A DNA stretch of 63,241 nt, the filler included, from Octopus bimaculoides (lineage: Eukaryota), in assembly GCF_001194135.2 (NCBI RefSeq). It is 7 parts of 7 records of this genome, joined end to end, with 100 filler letters (N's around TTAATTAATTAA, not from the genome) between each part and the next. Parts side by side here need not be neighbours in the genome. Positions count along the whole stretch, not along the records: positions 8,222 to 19,106 come from NC_068986.1; positions 19,207 to 25,163 come from NC_069010.1; 5 more parts are not named here. One strand, 5' to 3'. The translations under genes and the position numbers were made by a program. Shown here in pieces: positions 12,210 to 23,902 of the stretch (position 1 is its first letter; each line of letters opens with the position of its first letter). Below the pieces are notes generated by a model. It did not search any database. It worked only from the letters and a program-made list of their open reading frames with translations, and was not told where the DNA came from.

Positions 12210-13092
12210 CTGAAGAATACAATGAAGAGAAAACAATAAGCTGAATTAAACAAAATTAATTTATGTTTCAATAGCAAAAAAGTTTACTAACAAAACATTA
12301 AAGAGGAGTAGATACAAACTGTATATTTAAGCATACATGTAAACACAAACACTTACCCTCATAGATATGTATACATGTATTTATGCATGTATTTATGTAT
12401 ACAAGTGTGTGTGTGTAAAATGCAAGTGTAGAAACATCAAGAAATATGTACACATGTCTTTATTAATGGTGTGTCTCAAAGCAAATTCAGGCAGAAATGA
12501 TAGCTTATAATACATCAGATTAAAAACTCTTCATTGGGGGAAAAAATGAGGATAGAAAACTACCCGAGGGACTTGAATCATGCATCTTCTGGATTAACTG
12601 AAATAAAGCACAATAGAATTGGATATAATTAATTAGATTTATCCCCACTAAATAATTGTTATTTATTCTTCTATTTTATAGAGATTCAAGGTGAACTCAA
12701 TCTTGGTTGCATCTGAAATTATATCATAGAGACATGGAACTCTCTCTTCTATAACCCCACTATTTTGGGGTTCGAGTTGGCAATAAAATTTTCAAAAAAT
12801 ACTTAGTCCCTGTTCAGCAAAGAAATGTCCATTATGCATGGATCATAAACAGAAGGAAATGATTTTGTCTAATCCTACCTGTCCAGAGCATAAACTCTAT
12901 GGAGTTCTCACAATTGTTAATGGCTTTCACTGCAGAATGGTAACTTTAAAGATGTTCAAGCAGATCATGACCCCTAATCCACTAACCAGAAAATAAAAAG
13001 AAGTTTTAAAATATTGCTAACCAGATATCATAAAATTTTGAAAATGAAAAGAAACTGAAAAAACAAAAAAAAAAACAAAACAATTGATTTAC

Positions 13093-13289
13093 CAAAATAA
13101 ATTCTCTTCTACCATTTTCTGCATAGCTCTAGCAATACTTTGTTGTTCATCTGTGAGATGACTGTTACAATCAACATCGAATTTCTTATTTAAATACTCA
13201 ATAATGAACTGGGAGTCACTGACAACTTCTCCATTGTATGTAATCCAAGGTGACTTGTGTTTCGGTGACATTTTATGGGTATATTCAAC
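13093..13289 (-). CDS. fax: FAX-like gene, internal exon (thioredoxin-fold half)
   Basis: VEYTHKMSPKHKSPWITYNGEVVSDSQFIIEYLNKKFDVDCNSHLTDEQQSIARAMQKMVEENLF(W), with the KxPWI, DSQFIIEYL and EENLxW motifs. Acceptor tttacttctAG; donor TG|GTAAAT, phase 2; 197 nt, frame-consistent with both neighbours. Confidence 0.95.
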
Positions 13290-15098
13290 CTAGAAGTAAA
13301 TGAAATATATATATGATATTAAATTTTGCATATAATTGGACGTTCAATATAGCGAACTAGGATTTTTTTCAGTAGCAGGGGATGAAAATAGAAGCCCTTG
13401 CTAACGGATAAGGAACAAAACATGGCCAACACGTGGATAATCCGGGTGGTTGAGAGAAAGCAACTCATACCTGGCGCATAGGAAAAATTTGTTGTCCATG
13501 TGAATTCTGGAGAAAAATTCCGGATAATTTTTTTCTTTCCTTTTTTTACAAGTGTGAATATTCCCCAAGGACGCTGTGTCTGCAAAGGACCAAGTTGTAA
13601 ATTCAGTTACAACCCGAGGGAAAATGATTTGCAGTCTCCCGATTGAAATGGCGCCACAAATTTTCTGCTGAAGAAAACAATATGGCGGCGAGAGGCATCA
13701 GTGGTATATTCCTATGCGATGAGTGGCAGTCTGTTTGCGTAGATGACGTCACGAAGGAGAAAGAGGAATCCGTATTCACTGGTCAGAATTCGTCCGGGGT
13801 TCACCATTTTAGAAGGAATTAAGGTGTGTGCTGCATCGTGTCACCATTATAGATGGATAGGTTGCATTCCATCTAATGTGACTCCATTCAGAAGGCTGTA
13901 ATATCATTTTACAGGAAACCCGGTATAAAGAAATACATGGAACAAGGTGGTAACTTTAAATACCTTTAATGTGACCACACACACACACATATATATATAA
14001 GCTGAATGATAAATGGAAATGGTGTGATGCGTGGAAGCCATGGTTTTCTCTTGTGCGTTACCTCCTATTTGCTAGTTGGCGTGTTGCGTGAGAGAGAGAC
14101 TGACTAGATCACGTCTTTACTGTCTGACGTCTTGGCGAGAAAAGAGGGAGAGATGAGTGTCTGAACCTTAATGTTGCTTATGCCCTCTATTGTTTAACTA
14201 ATTAGGCAACAGCCGTCAGGGGAGGTAACTACGCCTACAGTCATTTTGCTAAGTCAGTCTTATCCACCAACATACAGTCGTGCCGCTTCTTTACTTTATG
14301 TCTTTTTCTGCTACTTCATACAGCCACATTCTTCAATGAACCAACACATCATTCACTAAGTGGTTGGTCGGTCGATCTATTAGAAATACTCGTCAAATCT
14401 CCTTCAAACCACACTCTTCCTGTTTTAGAATAAGGATACATATGTTGTAGAATGCAGAACTAGATTTCCTGCACATGGGAAATGGCTACGATGGTCTCTA
14501 CTGGGGAAACCTTTGATCATAAGTCTGCTCAATCGCGACTGATCTGGGCCTGAACAACTTCAACATCAATAACATTAACAACCCATCCTCATTTATATTG
14601 TACTTCACCTCCTCAGACGCGCTATCATGTACTGTCCTACAGTCATCCCTCACTAGAACTTCACCACTCTGGTGTAACCTGTTTATCTATCTATCTACAT
14701 TACTTTTATTATCACAGACGCTGGCTTTGAGAATTCAGACTGAACTTTAACCTATCAATTTTATTAATTTGGGAGAGCATATAAAGAGCATGGTTGCTTC
14801 CCGCCTACTTTGACTAATTAATTTTAAGATAACTGCAAATTTAGTGAAACTTCTTTCAAGCCATCTTAGTAAATGTTAATCAAATGTTATCAATTATTTT
14901 TTTCCATTTAATCTAGATCTCAACCACTTACTTTATTTCTGAAGAAACATACCATTTACTATTGTTAAATCTAAACATGTCAGGCTTTACAGACTCAAGA
15001 AAATAGAAGTCTATTGCGCTTTTCACTAGCATAGAGAACGCCAGCATAAAACGATTTTGATGAATAATGTAGCGAAAACAGGTATAACGAGGTCTTAC

Positions 15099-15225
15099 CT
15101 GATACGGCAACTTGGCCATACGGAGAAAAGTCTCTAGCTTTATGGCAAAAGGAGAGATGTTCGGAGCTTCTCGTATTCTTGGTATCAAATGAAGTATGAT
15201 CATGTTTTCTGGATAAACTGTCTTC
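15099..15225 (-). CDS. fax: FAX/FAXC-like (metaxin/GST-like) gene, first confident coding exon (GST-N-like domain start)
   Basis: Translates (g)KTVYPENMIILHLIPRIREAPNISPFAIKLETFLRMAKLPYQ. SPFxxKLETxLRMAxLPY is the FAX/metaxin N-terminal motif. Acceptor tttctgtttttgttttcaattatttaaAG (15227-15226); donor CAG|GTAAGA at 15098, phase 0. Confidence 0.92.
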
Positions 15226-15417
15226 CTTTAAATAATTGAAAACAAAAACAGAAATGTCGTTAAAATATCAGATGACTCTGGAGGCATAAAAAGTAACGGT
15301 GACCTCCACGGAGTTTGAACTTTGAACATTGAGAGAGAAAAATAAATACTCGTGACTGTCCGTTATAAAACAAATATTCGTGCATCACCATTATTTATAA
15401 GTAAAATATTGTTTTCA

Positions 15418-15770
15418 AATTTTAGCACAATGCCAGCAATTTCGGAGGAAGGGATAAGTCGTTTACATCGACCCCAGTGCTCGAGTGGTACTTAATTTAT
15501 CGACCGCGAAAGGAGGAAAAGCAAAGTTGAGCTCGGCGGAATTTGAACTCAGAACGTAAAGACGGCTGAAATGCCGTTAAGCATTTCGTCCGGTGTGCTA
15601 ATGATTCTGCCAGCTGACTGCCTTAATTTGATAGGTAAAAGATTAACAAACGAACAAGGAGGATAGGTAAAGTTGATTAAATCGACCCCAATATTTCATT
15701 GGTACCTTATTTTATCAACCCTGGACGGCAAAAGTGATCCGAATAAGATTATAACTCAGCACGTAAAAAA
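15418..15770 (-). mobile_element. SINE family B, one copy plus an adjacent fragment
   Basis: CATCGACCCCAGTG...GGTACTTAATTTATCGACC...GGCGGAATTTGAACTCAGAACGTAAAGAC...CTAATGATTCTGCCAGCT (B-box GAGTTCAAAT on the minus strand). Further copies at about 17252-17398 and 24465-24605. Confidence 0.82.
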
Positions 15771-15789
15771 AAAAACGTAACTAATTATC

Positions 15790-16750
15790 AGGTATTTCTC
15801 TTGGAAACTATAATGATTCTGCTTGTAAAATACCAATTTCACTACACCTTGCTAAGGTTCCATTAAAAAACTGGCAACAACATGGTTCACGGTGATATCG
15901 ATTAAAACTGAAGCTACTAATATATTCATAAACAGAATTAGTCTATGAACGGGAATCGTCCTAACAGAGCCCGTCTCATCACAAAAATTATGCTGTTTTT
16001 CATTTGATGGCGAAAGTATCTTGAGTGGAAACGTTTCAGGTGTACAAAAGAGATTGAAAGATGTGTTTCCTGACACATATTTTGTACACTGCAGAAACCA
16101 CTCTCTGGCCCTTGACCCCCAAGAATTTGGCTCTAGCTCTAGCTGCTATTGTAGCTGATGCACTGAACTTTGTTCACAATTGCACCTTTCTTCTGAAAGA
16201 GTTACCAATAAGACAAGTGCAATGGATAAACCTTTGTGGTGAGAAGATCGTCATGTTGCAAACCGAGTCTCCAACTCGTTGGTACACTAGAGCAACAACA
16301 TTAAAACGGGCGAAAAGCAACAATACAAAGATTCTGAATGATACATCACTAAGAGCAACAACAAAGGCTAGTGTCAAAGAGTCGCTGAAACAATCTAGCA
16401 AAGCTTTCGCTTTGCTCGGTATTAAGGTGACTGGGGATGTATTTGGAGTATGGGAACCAGTGGCACGTAGCTTATAGCCGGAGTTTGCTTGAAGCGGATC
16501 GAGAAGTTGAAGAATTGTCATTAAAAAAACGAGAAGAGATAAGGTCTTTGAAAGGTATTTCGACGGAATATCCTCTACTGGCTTTGTGAAAATGTTCCCC
16601 AACACTTCTCGTTCGAAGAATACGCCGCCGAATTTCAGACATACAACAACTACTGAAAAAGTCTCTCTCTCTCTGGAAAACAAAACTTTGCCTAGATCAG
16701 TGTATGACATTGTAAAGAAATGCAGAGCTTCTGATGTTATTCGTTGCATA
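15790..16750 (+). mobile_element. hAT-superfamily transposase remnant (frameshifted)
   Basis: Hand translation KLCCFSFDGESILSGNVSGVQKRLKDVFPDTYFVHCRNHSLAL (DG at 16006, CxxH at 16090-16101); then in another frame ESPTRW (16271-16282) and LGIKVTGDVFGVWEPVARSL. Confidence 0.85.
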
Positions 16751-17453
16751 ACATTAACGTAATTCTCAGGGAGGTTCAGCCTCACATAATATGACAAGGC
16801 TGGCTCCTTTGAATTACAGCTACAACTCGAGACATATATATATATATATATATATANNNNNNNNNNNNNNNNNNNNNNNNNNNNNNNNNNNNNNNNNNNN
16901 NNNNNNNNNNNNNNNNNNNNNNNNNNNNNNNNNNNNNNNNNNNNNNNNNNNNNNNATATATATGAATGTATTTGTGTGTGTGTATATAGTTTAGGTCAGT
17001 TAAAACATGTTTGCAATAATGAGTGTCGTGTGGTGGAAATAAAAGCAATTACCAAACTTTCATAAATCCATTTATTATTTCGTTCTTTTGCATTTCAATT
17101 TGTACATTAAAGTTCTTTGAATATATACGATGTATTTTAAGGTTAAATAGTAATTCCGTTTACGTTTGTGTAAGTGAGATAGTTTGGTTGGATTATATAG
17201 TCATTGGTGATACATTACTTTCTATATTCTGTAATTGTCACAATATACCTTTCTAGGCCTGAGTTTTTTGTGTAGAGGGGGGGGGGAATTGATTAGATCG
17301 ACTCCAGTACACAACTGGTACTTAGCTTATCGACCCCAAAAGGACGAAAGGCAAATTCAACATTGGCAGAAATTGAACTCAGAACGTACAGACAGACGGT
17401 CACAATAATAAAACATTTCTCATGAAACCAGTACACTGTTTACAGATGCTTAC

Positions 17454-17640
17454 ATTTTTTATGTTTTCCGTGAATTTTTCACGGGTCCAGCTAGTTAATA
17501 TAATAATAATAATAATAATAATAATTATTATTATTATTATTATTATACCTTTTAATATTAAGATTGATATTAAGATTGAAAAAAATCCACTTTGTTTGTA
17601 AAACACTTTGGACCCGAGTTTACAAATTTCATTCTCGGGC
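17454..17640 (-). other. Putative first (mostly 5'UTR) exon of the FAX-like gene; 5' boundary unknown
   Basis: Strong donor aaaaAT|GTAAGC at 17453. Joining it to the 15225 acceptor creates ATG AAG ACA in frame, with an in-frame TAA just upstream. The 17640 bound is arbitrary. Confidence 0.45.
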
Positions 17641-17689
17641 CACTGTAGTCAGGCAACGAGAAATTTAATCAGCATATTAAAAGATATAT

Positions 17690-17830
17690 GGGACGTGACT
17701 GGGAAAGATCTCATAATCAAAAGCAATAAAACGTCACTTCGTTGTGAAAGTTAATTTCAACTCTCTCAGCTAAATACGGACACAGGATATATGTTCTTAT
17801 CTCTGTTAAACTAGGTCACATGACGTGCAA
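17690..17830. promoter_or_regulatory. Putative promoter of the FAX-like gene
   Basis: Non-repetitive stretch upstream of the putative first exon, containing GTCACATGAC (E-box/CLEAR-like, about 17816-17825) overlapping TGACGT, plus GGACGTGAC and ACGTCAC half-sites. Motif match only. Confidence 0.3.
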
Positions 17831-18365
17831 TGATATCTCAAGTAGCGAAGATATGGACTTTCACCTGCATTCACGAAATTTCATAACATTTCAAAATAAA
17901 ACTAAAAATCAATCTGAACGTCCTTAATTTTCAACCCGAAATCGAATTACCAATATTCATCGAATTTTCATATGAAATATCAATTTTATATAAAACTGAT
18001 ATTTTACTTAAAAAATGCGTACTAAGCTTGCACTTCTGAATTACCAGTACAACCCTCGTCTGCCCCAAATTCACTCACAAGGCTAGGGACGACCTAGAGT
18101 TATGGCAAAGGCACTTGTCCAAGATGCCATGCACCGCAGCAATTTAGAAACGCCCATAGTTGCGAAGCACTGTTCTTAATCGCTCATCCAAGAATATGTT
18201 CACTTTCTTTATTAATCAAAAGAAAGATAACGCGATAAATGAATACAGAGAAGGAAAGAGAGGAAGGAGGAGCACCAATGACCCAAAGCATGGACATGCT
18301 GGGCAGTTCCCCGGAGACACTATGTGTCTAAGGGTCCATTATGATCTAGGTATGCTGTTGTTGTA

Positions 18366-19055
18366 TCAGGTCATCCCATAAGTTCTGTCCGAATTTTGAA
18401 TAAAGAAAACAAGTGATCAAGTGTCATATTTAATTGAAATTTAATCATCCATGTACTTTCCCTGATTATCTATTACTTCCTTCCATCTATTTACAAGCTT
18501 TTTAATCCCATCAATGTAAAACTCTTTTGGATTCAAAGCGAAGAACTCTGAAATGTCAGTTTCGACCTCCTCCTGGCTTGCGAAAGTTATGTCCCCCCCA
18601 CCCCAAATGATTCTGTAAACTACGAAACAAATGGTAGCCTGAAGGAGTAAGGTCGAGAGAATAAGGTGGATGAGGAATTTTTCCTAACCAACCTCTTCGA
18701 TCTTCTATGATGTGATCTTTGCAGTGTGGGGTCGTGCATCGTCCTGATGAAACATCACTCCTTTTCGATTCACTAAAGCGGGTCTTTTTTTTCTTCAAAG
18801 CTTGGTTCAAACGCTCTAATTGCTGACAGCAGACTTGAGCATTGATTGTTGCATTAGGTGGTAACAATTCAAAGTGAATTACTCCTTTGCAATCCAACCA
18901 GATAGAGAGAAAAACCTTTTTCCCATGAAGTTCCCTTCTCGGTTGTGGTTGGGCTGTTTCCCTTTTACCAAGCCACTGTTTACAACGTTTAACATTTCGA
19001 TAGAAGATCCATTTTTCGTCACCAGTCACAAGTCTATCCAAAAAGGGTGAAATGA
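18366..19055 (-). mobile_element. Mariner (DD34D) transposon, 3' half, defective
   Basis: FLDRLVTGDEKW; VMFHQDDARPHTAK in a second frame; YSLDLTPSGYHLF, where the third catalytic Asp of YSPDLAPSD is replaced by Gly. A TIR-like end TCAGGTCATCCCATAAGTTC follows TA at 18364-18365. Confidence 0.93.
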
Positions 19056-21416
19056 GTTCACAAGAATGGAGAGAAGAGCAGCTGTCAACTCGGGATTTGC
19101 GGTTGCNNNNNNNNNNNNNNNNNNNNNNNNNNNNNNNNNNNNNNNNNNNNTTAATTAATTAANNNNNNNNNNNNNNNNNNNNNNNNNNNNNNNNNNNNNN
19201 NNNNNNCTTCCTTCCCAATTGGAGTGTTTAAATGTAGTTACAAATATATGACATCCTACTGAAATGGAATTTCAGTAAATTTTCTGTATCTTTTTGCAGC
19301 TGAAGTTTGCTCTGCATTTTACATTTAATGTAATGCTCACATTTCTTAAATGAATGTTGTCGCATGAAAAGATAGTACTGCATTAACCTTGAATATCCTT
19401 GTTGCTTATTCTGATTATACATATAATTTCCTGGTAGGTTTTAAATTGCTGATATCTAGCTTCATTTATATATACACACTCATATTTATGTATATATACG
19501 TGTGTGTGTGTGTGTGTGCGATATATACATGTATATATATATATATGTGTGTGTATGTGTGTGTATACATGAACAAGCAAGGAAAAAGAATGCGTGGACG
19601 TTGAATAAGTACAGTGTTATTGGACGCTCATGAAAGGAAAGGAAAGAAAGTGGATATCACGTTTCGAGCAGAGATCTTCATCAGAAATAGAAAAATTCCA
19701 AAGAAGTGTAGACGTCACATATTGAAATATATATTGAAAAAAATGTCGTCAGAATTTTGGAATAACTTCTTTCATTTATTTTATACACATATTAGCGCTT
19801 TCGTTCGTCTTTCGAACTTGTCAAATATAATTCTGTGAAAATACAGAGATCATGCTTATTTATATAAAACAGGTGTTTTTTGGGATTTTGTTTATAACAG
19901 AACATTGTTTTATTTTTGTTTTTATTTTTTGGGGGTGAGGCTTTGGAGACAATGGAAGATGTCTAAGCATCTAGATAGATAGACACGCAGATAGAGAGAT
20001 AGATAGATAGACTGATAGTNNNNNNNNNNNNNNNNNNNNNNNNNNNNNNNNNNNNNNNNNNNNNNNNNNNNNNNNNNNNNNNNNNNNNNNNNNNNNNNNN
20101 NNNNNNNNNNNNNNNNNNNNNNNNNNNNNNNNNNNNNNNNNNNNNNNNNNNNNNNNNNNNNNNNNNNNNNNNNNNNNNNNNNNNNNNNNNNNNNNNNNNN
20201 NNNNNNNNNNNNNNNNNNNNNNNNNNNNNNNNNNNNNNNNNNNNNNNNNNNNNNNNNNNNNNNNNNNNNNNNNNNNNNNNNNNNNNNNNNNNNNNNNNNN
20301 NNNNNNNNNNNNNNNNNNNNNNNNNNNNNNNNNNNNNNNNNNNNNNNNNNNNNNNNNNNNNNNNNNNNNNNNNNNNNNNNNNNNNNNNNNNNNNNNNNNN
20401 NNNNNNNNNNNNNNNNNNNNNNNNNNNNNNNNNNNNNNNNNNNNNNNNNNNNNNNNNNNNNNNNNNNNNNNNNNNNNNNNNNNNNNNNNNNNNNNNNNNN
20501 NNNNNNNNNNNNNNNNNNNNNNNNNNNNNNNNNNNNNNNNNNNNNNNNNNNNNNNNNNNNNNNNNNNNNNNNNNNNNNNNNNNNNNNNNNNNNNNNNNNN
20601 NNNNNNNNNNNNNNNNNNNNNNNNNNNNNNNNNNNNNNNNNNNNNNNNNNNNNNNNNNNNNNNNNNNNNNNNNNNNNNNNNNNNNNNNNNNNNNNNNNNN
20701 NNNNNNNNNNNNNNNNNNNNNNNNNNNNNNNNNNNNNNNNNNNNNNNNNNNNNNNNNNNNNNNNNNNNNNNNNNNNNNNNNNNNNNNNNNNNNNNNNNNN
20801 NNNNNNNNNNNNNTATATATATATATATATATATTTGTTCATATACTGATATATCCACAACGTATTGGTGAGATAAGCATGTAATCGTTACCAAAATAGC
20901 AAAAATTAATCCACAAACGTCTATAGTAGACTCCTTATGGATCGATCTCCTTGGTTCTATATCAAAAATTTAAATAAGAGTTTTGACGCTAATATCCATT
21001 ATTATTGAAGTTTATTACCTATGTCAACATTTCTGTATAAGGTTATATTTAACTGTCAATTCAAGTTAAATAAGTAAATTACCTTACACATCCTCAGGGT
21101 AAAAAGTAAAAAGTAAACACCAAAAATATAATCTCTAAGTTTGATTCATATTCAAATTTCTCCTTAAAGAAAAGCCCTCTAATGGAGAAAACCCTCATAA
21201 TATTATTAATTATAAACAATCAAGTATTACAAATTACTGATTCCTGGTAATAAATTCTAAACTAATGAAAATCTATATTATATTATCTCTAGAAACTTTA
21301 GTAAATAAACATAATATCCAATTTTATTATTAGTGGTATATTATACATTAATATACCCTGTCTTTAAACCTAATATTATATTATAATACCCGATCATACT
21401 GAAATTTATAATTTAT

Positions 21417-21844
21417 TTAAACCAGAAAAGATGTATGTCTAAGAAAATGGCTACATCTGAATGCATTGTATGTGAGTTTATTTATTAACTTACCCTTAGA
21501 GATTAATATAAAAAATAATTCTAGATTACACAGCGAGCAATATCTCTTACCTTTGTCATAAGGGAAAGGTTTCCCAATAATTGACCATTCTAACGAATAT
21601 TGCTTTTTTTGTTCCTTCAGTTTCCAAATGAATTTATTAAGACTAGTAATCGCTATTTTACTTCTATCTCTAAAGGTGCTATAATTGTTAGATATTCTTT
21701 TACAGATTTGTCCCGAAGGACAGCCCACGTATGTGTTAATATCTGTCTGAGTTTTTACCTTACATTGATAAACTACATTCTTCACTCTCACATTTGGGCC
21801 TTCAAACTTCAATCTTCTGGGGTTAACCTCTGTTACTGTAATCA

Positions 21845-21914
<70 letters not shown>

Positions 21915-22171
21915 TATATCAGGGTTCTCATCACTATCCTCCCCAATTCCCTTTGATTTAAGTATTTTAAAATTATGAGCTGAAATTATTTGGGCTAAGT
22001 TCTTAGTGTTTGAGAAACCAAACCTATTAATAATTTTACCATAGTGTGAATTCTTTGGGAAGTATCTACCTATCACCGCTCTAAACAGTACAATCAAATT
22101 AGATTTAACATTTCTACCAAAAGGGACCATTTTCCATATATTATCATCTATAGTGTTATCACAGTCATTAG
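21417..22171 (-). mobile_element. PLE 3' fragment: end of RT plus GIY-YIG endonuclease, degenerate
   Basis: IWKMVPFGRNVKSN (cf. WFNPPFS.NV.TN), NVVYQCKV...YVG (GIY-YIG), FIWKLKE, and CSLCNLE (C-terminal CxLC of PLE endonucleases). Contains an in-frame (AAT)x23 run. Confidence 0.88.
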
Positions 22172-23185
22172 AATTATACTAATGACTGTGATAACATACA
22201 TTGATTGTATGAATTAGAATATCCTGGGTCACAAGTACAACACTGTTGATGATTGTGACATATAATACATACGATATAATGGAGTGTTGAGAAACAAAGT
22301 AAATGAATTTTGAATAAATGTGTTAGAAACATTTGCTTACCCACAATATTCAACTCTGAATGTTCCCGTCACCGTTAATAACTCATGCTCCATCTGAAAA
22401 AAAACGGATGTGTNNNNNNNNNNNNNNNNNNNNNNNNNNNNNNNNNNNNNNNNNNNNNNNNNNNNNNNNNNNNNNNNNNNNNNNNNNNNNNNNNNNNNNN
22501 NNNNNNNNNNNNNNNNNNNNNNNNNNNNNNNNNNNNNNNNNNNNNNNNNNNNNNNNNNNNNNNNNNNNNNNNNNNNNNNNNNNNNNNNNNNNNNNNNNNN
22601 NNNNNNNNNNNNNNNNNNNNNNNNNNNNNNNNNNNNNNNNNNNNNNNNNNNNNNNNNNNNNNNNNNNNNNNNNNNNNNNNNNNNNNNNNNNNNNNNNNNN
22701 NNNNNNNNNNNNNNNNNNNNNNNNNNNNNNNNNNNNNNNNNNNNNNNNNNNNNNNNNNNNNNNNNNNNNNNNNNNNNNNNNNNNNNNNNNNNNNNNNNNN
22801 NNNNNNNNNNNNNNNNNNNNNNNNNNNNNNNNNNNNNNNNNNNNNNNNNNNNNNNNNNNNNNNNNNNNNNNNNNNNNNNNNNNNNNNNNNNNNNNNNNNN
22901 NNNNNNNNNNNNNNNNNNNNNNNNNNNNNNNNNNNNNNNNNNNNNNNNNNNNNNNNNNNNNNNNNNNNNNNNNNNNNNNNNNNNNNNNNNNNNNNNNNNN
23001 NNNNNNNNNNNNNNNNNNNNNNNNNNNNNNNNNNNNNNNNNNNNNNNNNNNNNNNNNNNNNNNNNNNNNNNNNNNNNNNNNNNNNNNNNNNNNNNNNNNN
23101 NNNNNNNNNNNNNNNNATATACATGCATACATTAAATTCAAGAAACAAAGTTAGATTTAGAAGCCTTGAGATATATTGAAAGATA

Positions 23186-23533
23186 CAGATAAAGAAATAA
23201 TTTTATTTTCAAACGCAGGATAATGCTAGTAATATACTATGAACAGGATGAAATGTCTATATTTTGCGGCTAGCTATGAGACTCAAACTCACATCCCTGT
23301 GATTACGCGTCAAGTGCTTTACCATTAAGCAAAACTGTCCGAACGATAAATTCTGCTGCAAATTTAAGGTATATAAATCTAGCAATATAAGTCGCGTAAC
23401 CACAGAGATGTGAGTTCGAGTTTCAGGACTGGTCACTGACAAATTTTTCTGTAAAATATCGGTAGTTTTATCCTGTTCATGCTATATTATTAGCATTATC
23501 CTGCGTTGGAGAACAAAATTATTTTCTTATCTG
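23186..23533. mobile_element. Non-autonomous Tc1/mariner-type MITE with about 85-bp imperfect TIRs
   Basis: Left end CAGATAAAGAAATAATTTTATTTTCAAACGCAGGATAATGCTAG... matches the reverse complement of the right end ...CTAATAATAT/TAGCATTATCCTGCGTTGGAGAACAAAATTATTTTCTTATCTG region. TA on both sides (23184-23185, 23534-23535); 348 bp. Confidence 0.88.
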
Positions 23534-23535
23534 TA

Positions 23536-23610
<75 letters not shown>

Positions 23611-23863
23611 TATCTATATATAGTGAAATCGAATTGTAACATTTGAAGAGTAGGTCATTAAAAAAACAATAACAAAGACCAAGACGACATGCGCATGGAA
23701 TATATTAGCTTGACGTTCGGTAAAGTGGGGGAAATAATGAGGTCTTTAACGTTCCGAGCATAGCTCTTTGTCAGAAAGGAAAACGGAAAAGTTGAGAGAA
23801 GGAAAATATTACCAAAAGTACATGTGTGGTTACATATGTACATATGTGTGTGGGTGTCCGCGC

Positions 23864-23902
<39 letters not shown>

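Noticed and set aside
17400-17606. ORF with a poly-Ile 'transmembrane' stretch as the FAX N-terminal exon
   Set aside because: It starts at GTG, the hydrophobic run is the AAT palindrome, and its donor is phase 0 whereas the next exon needs phase 2.
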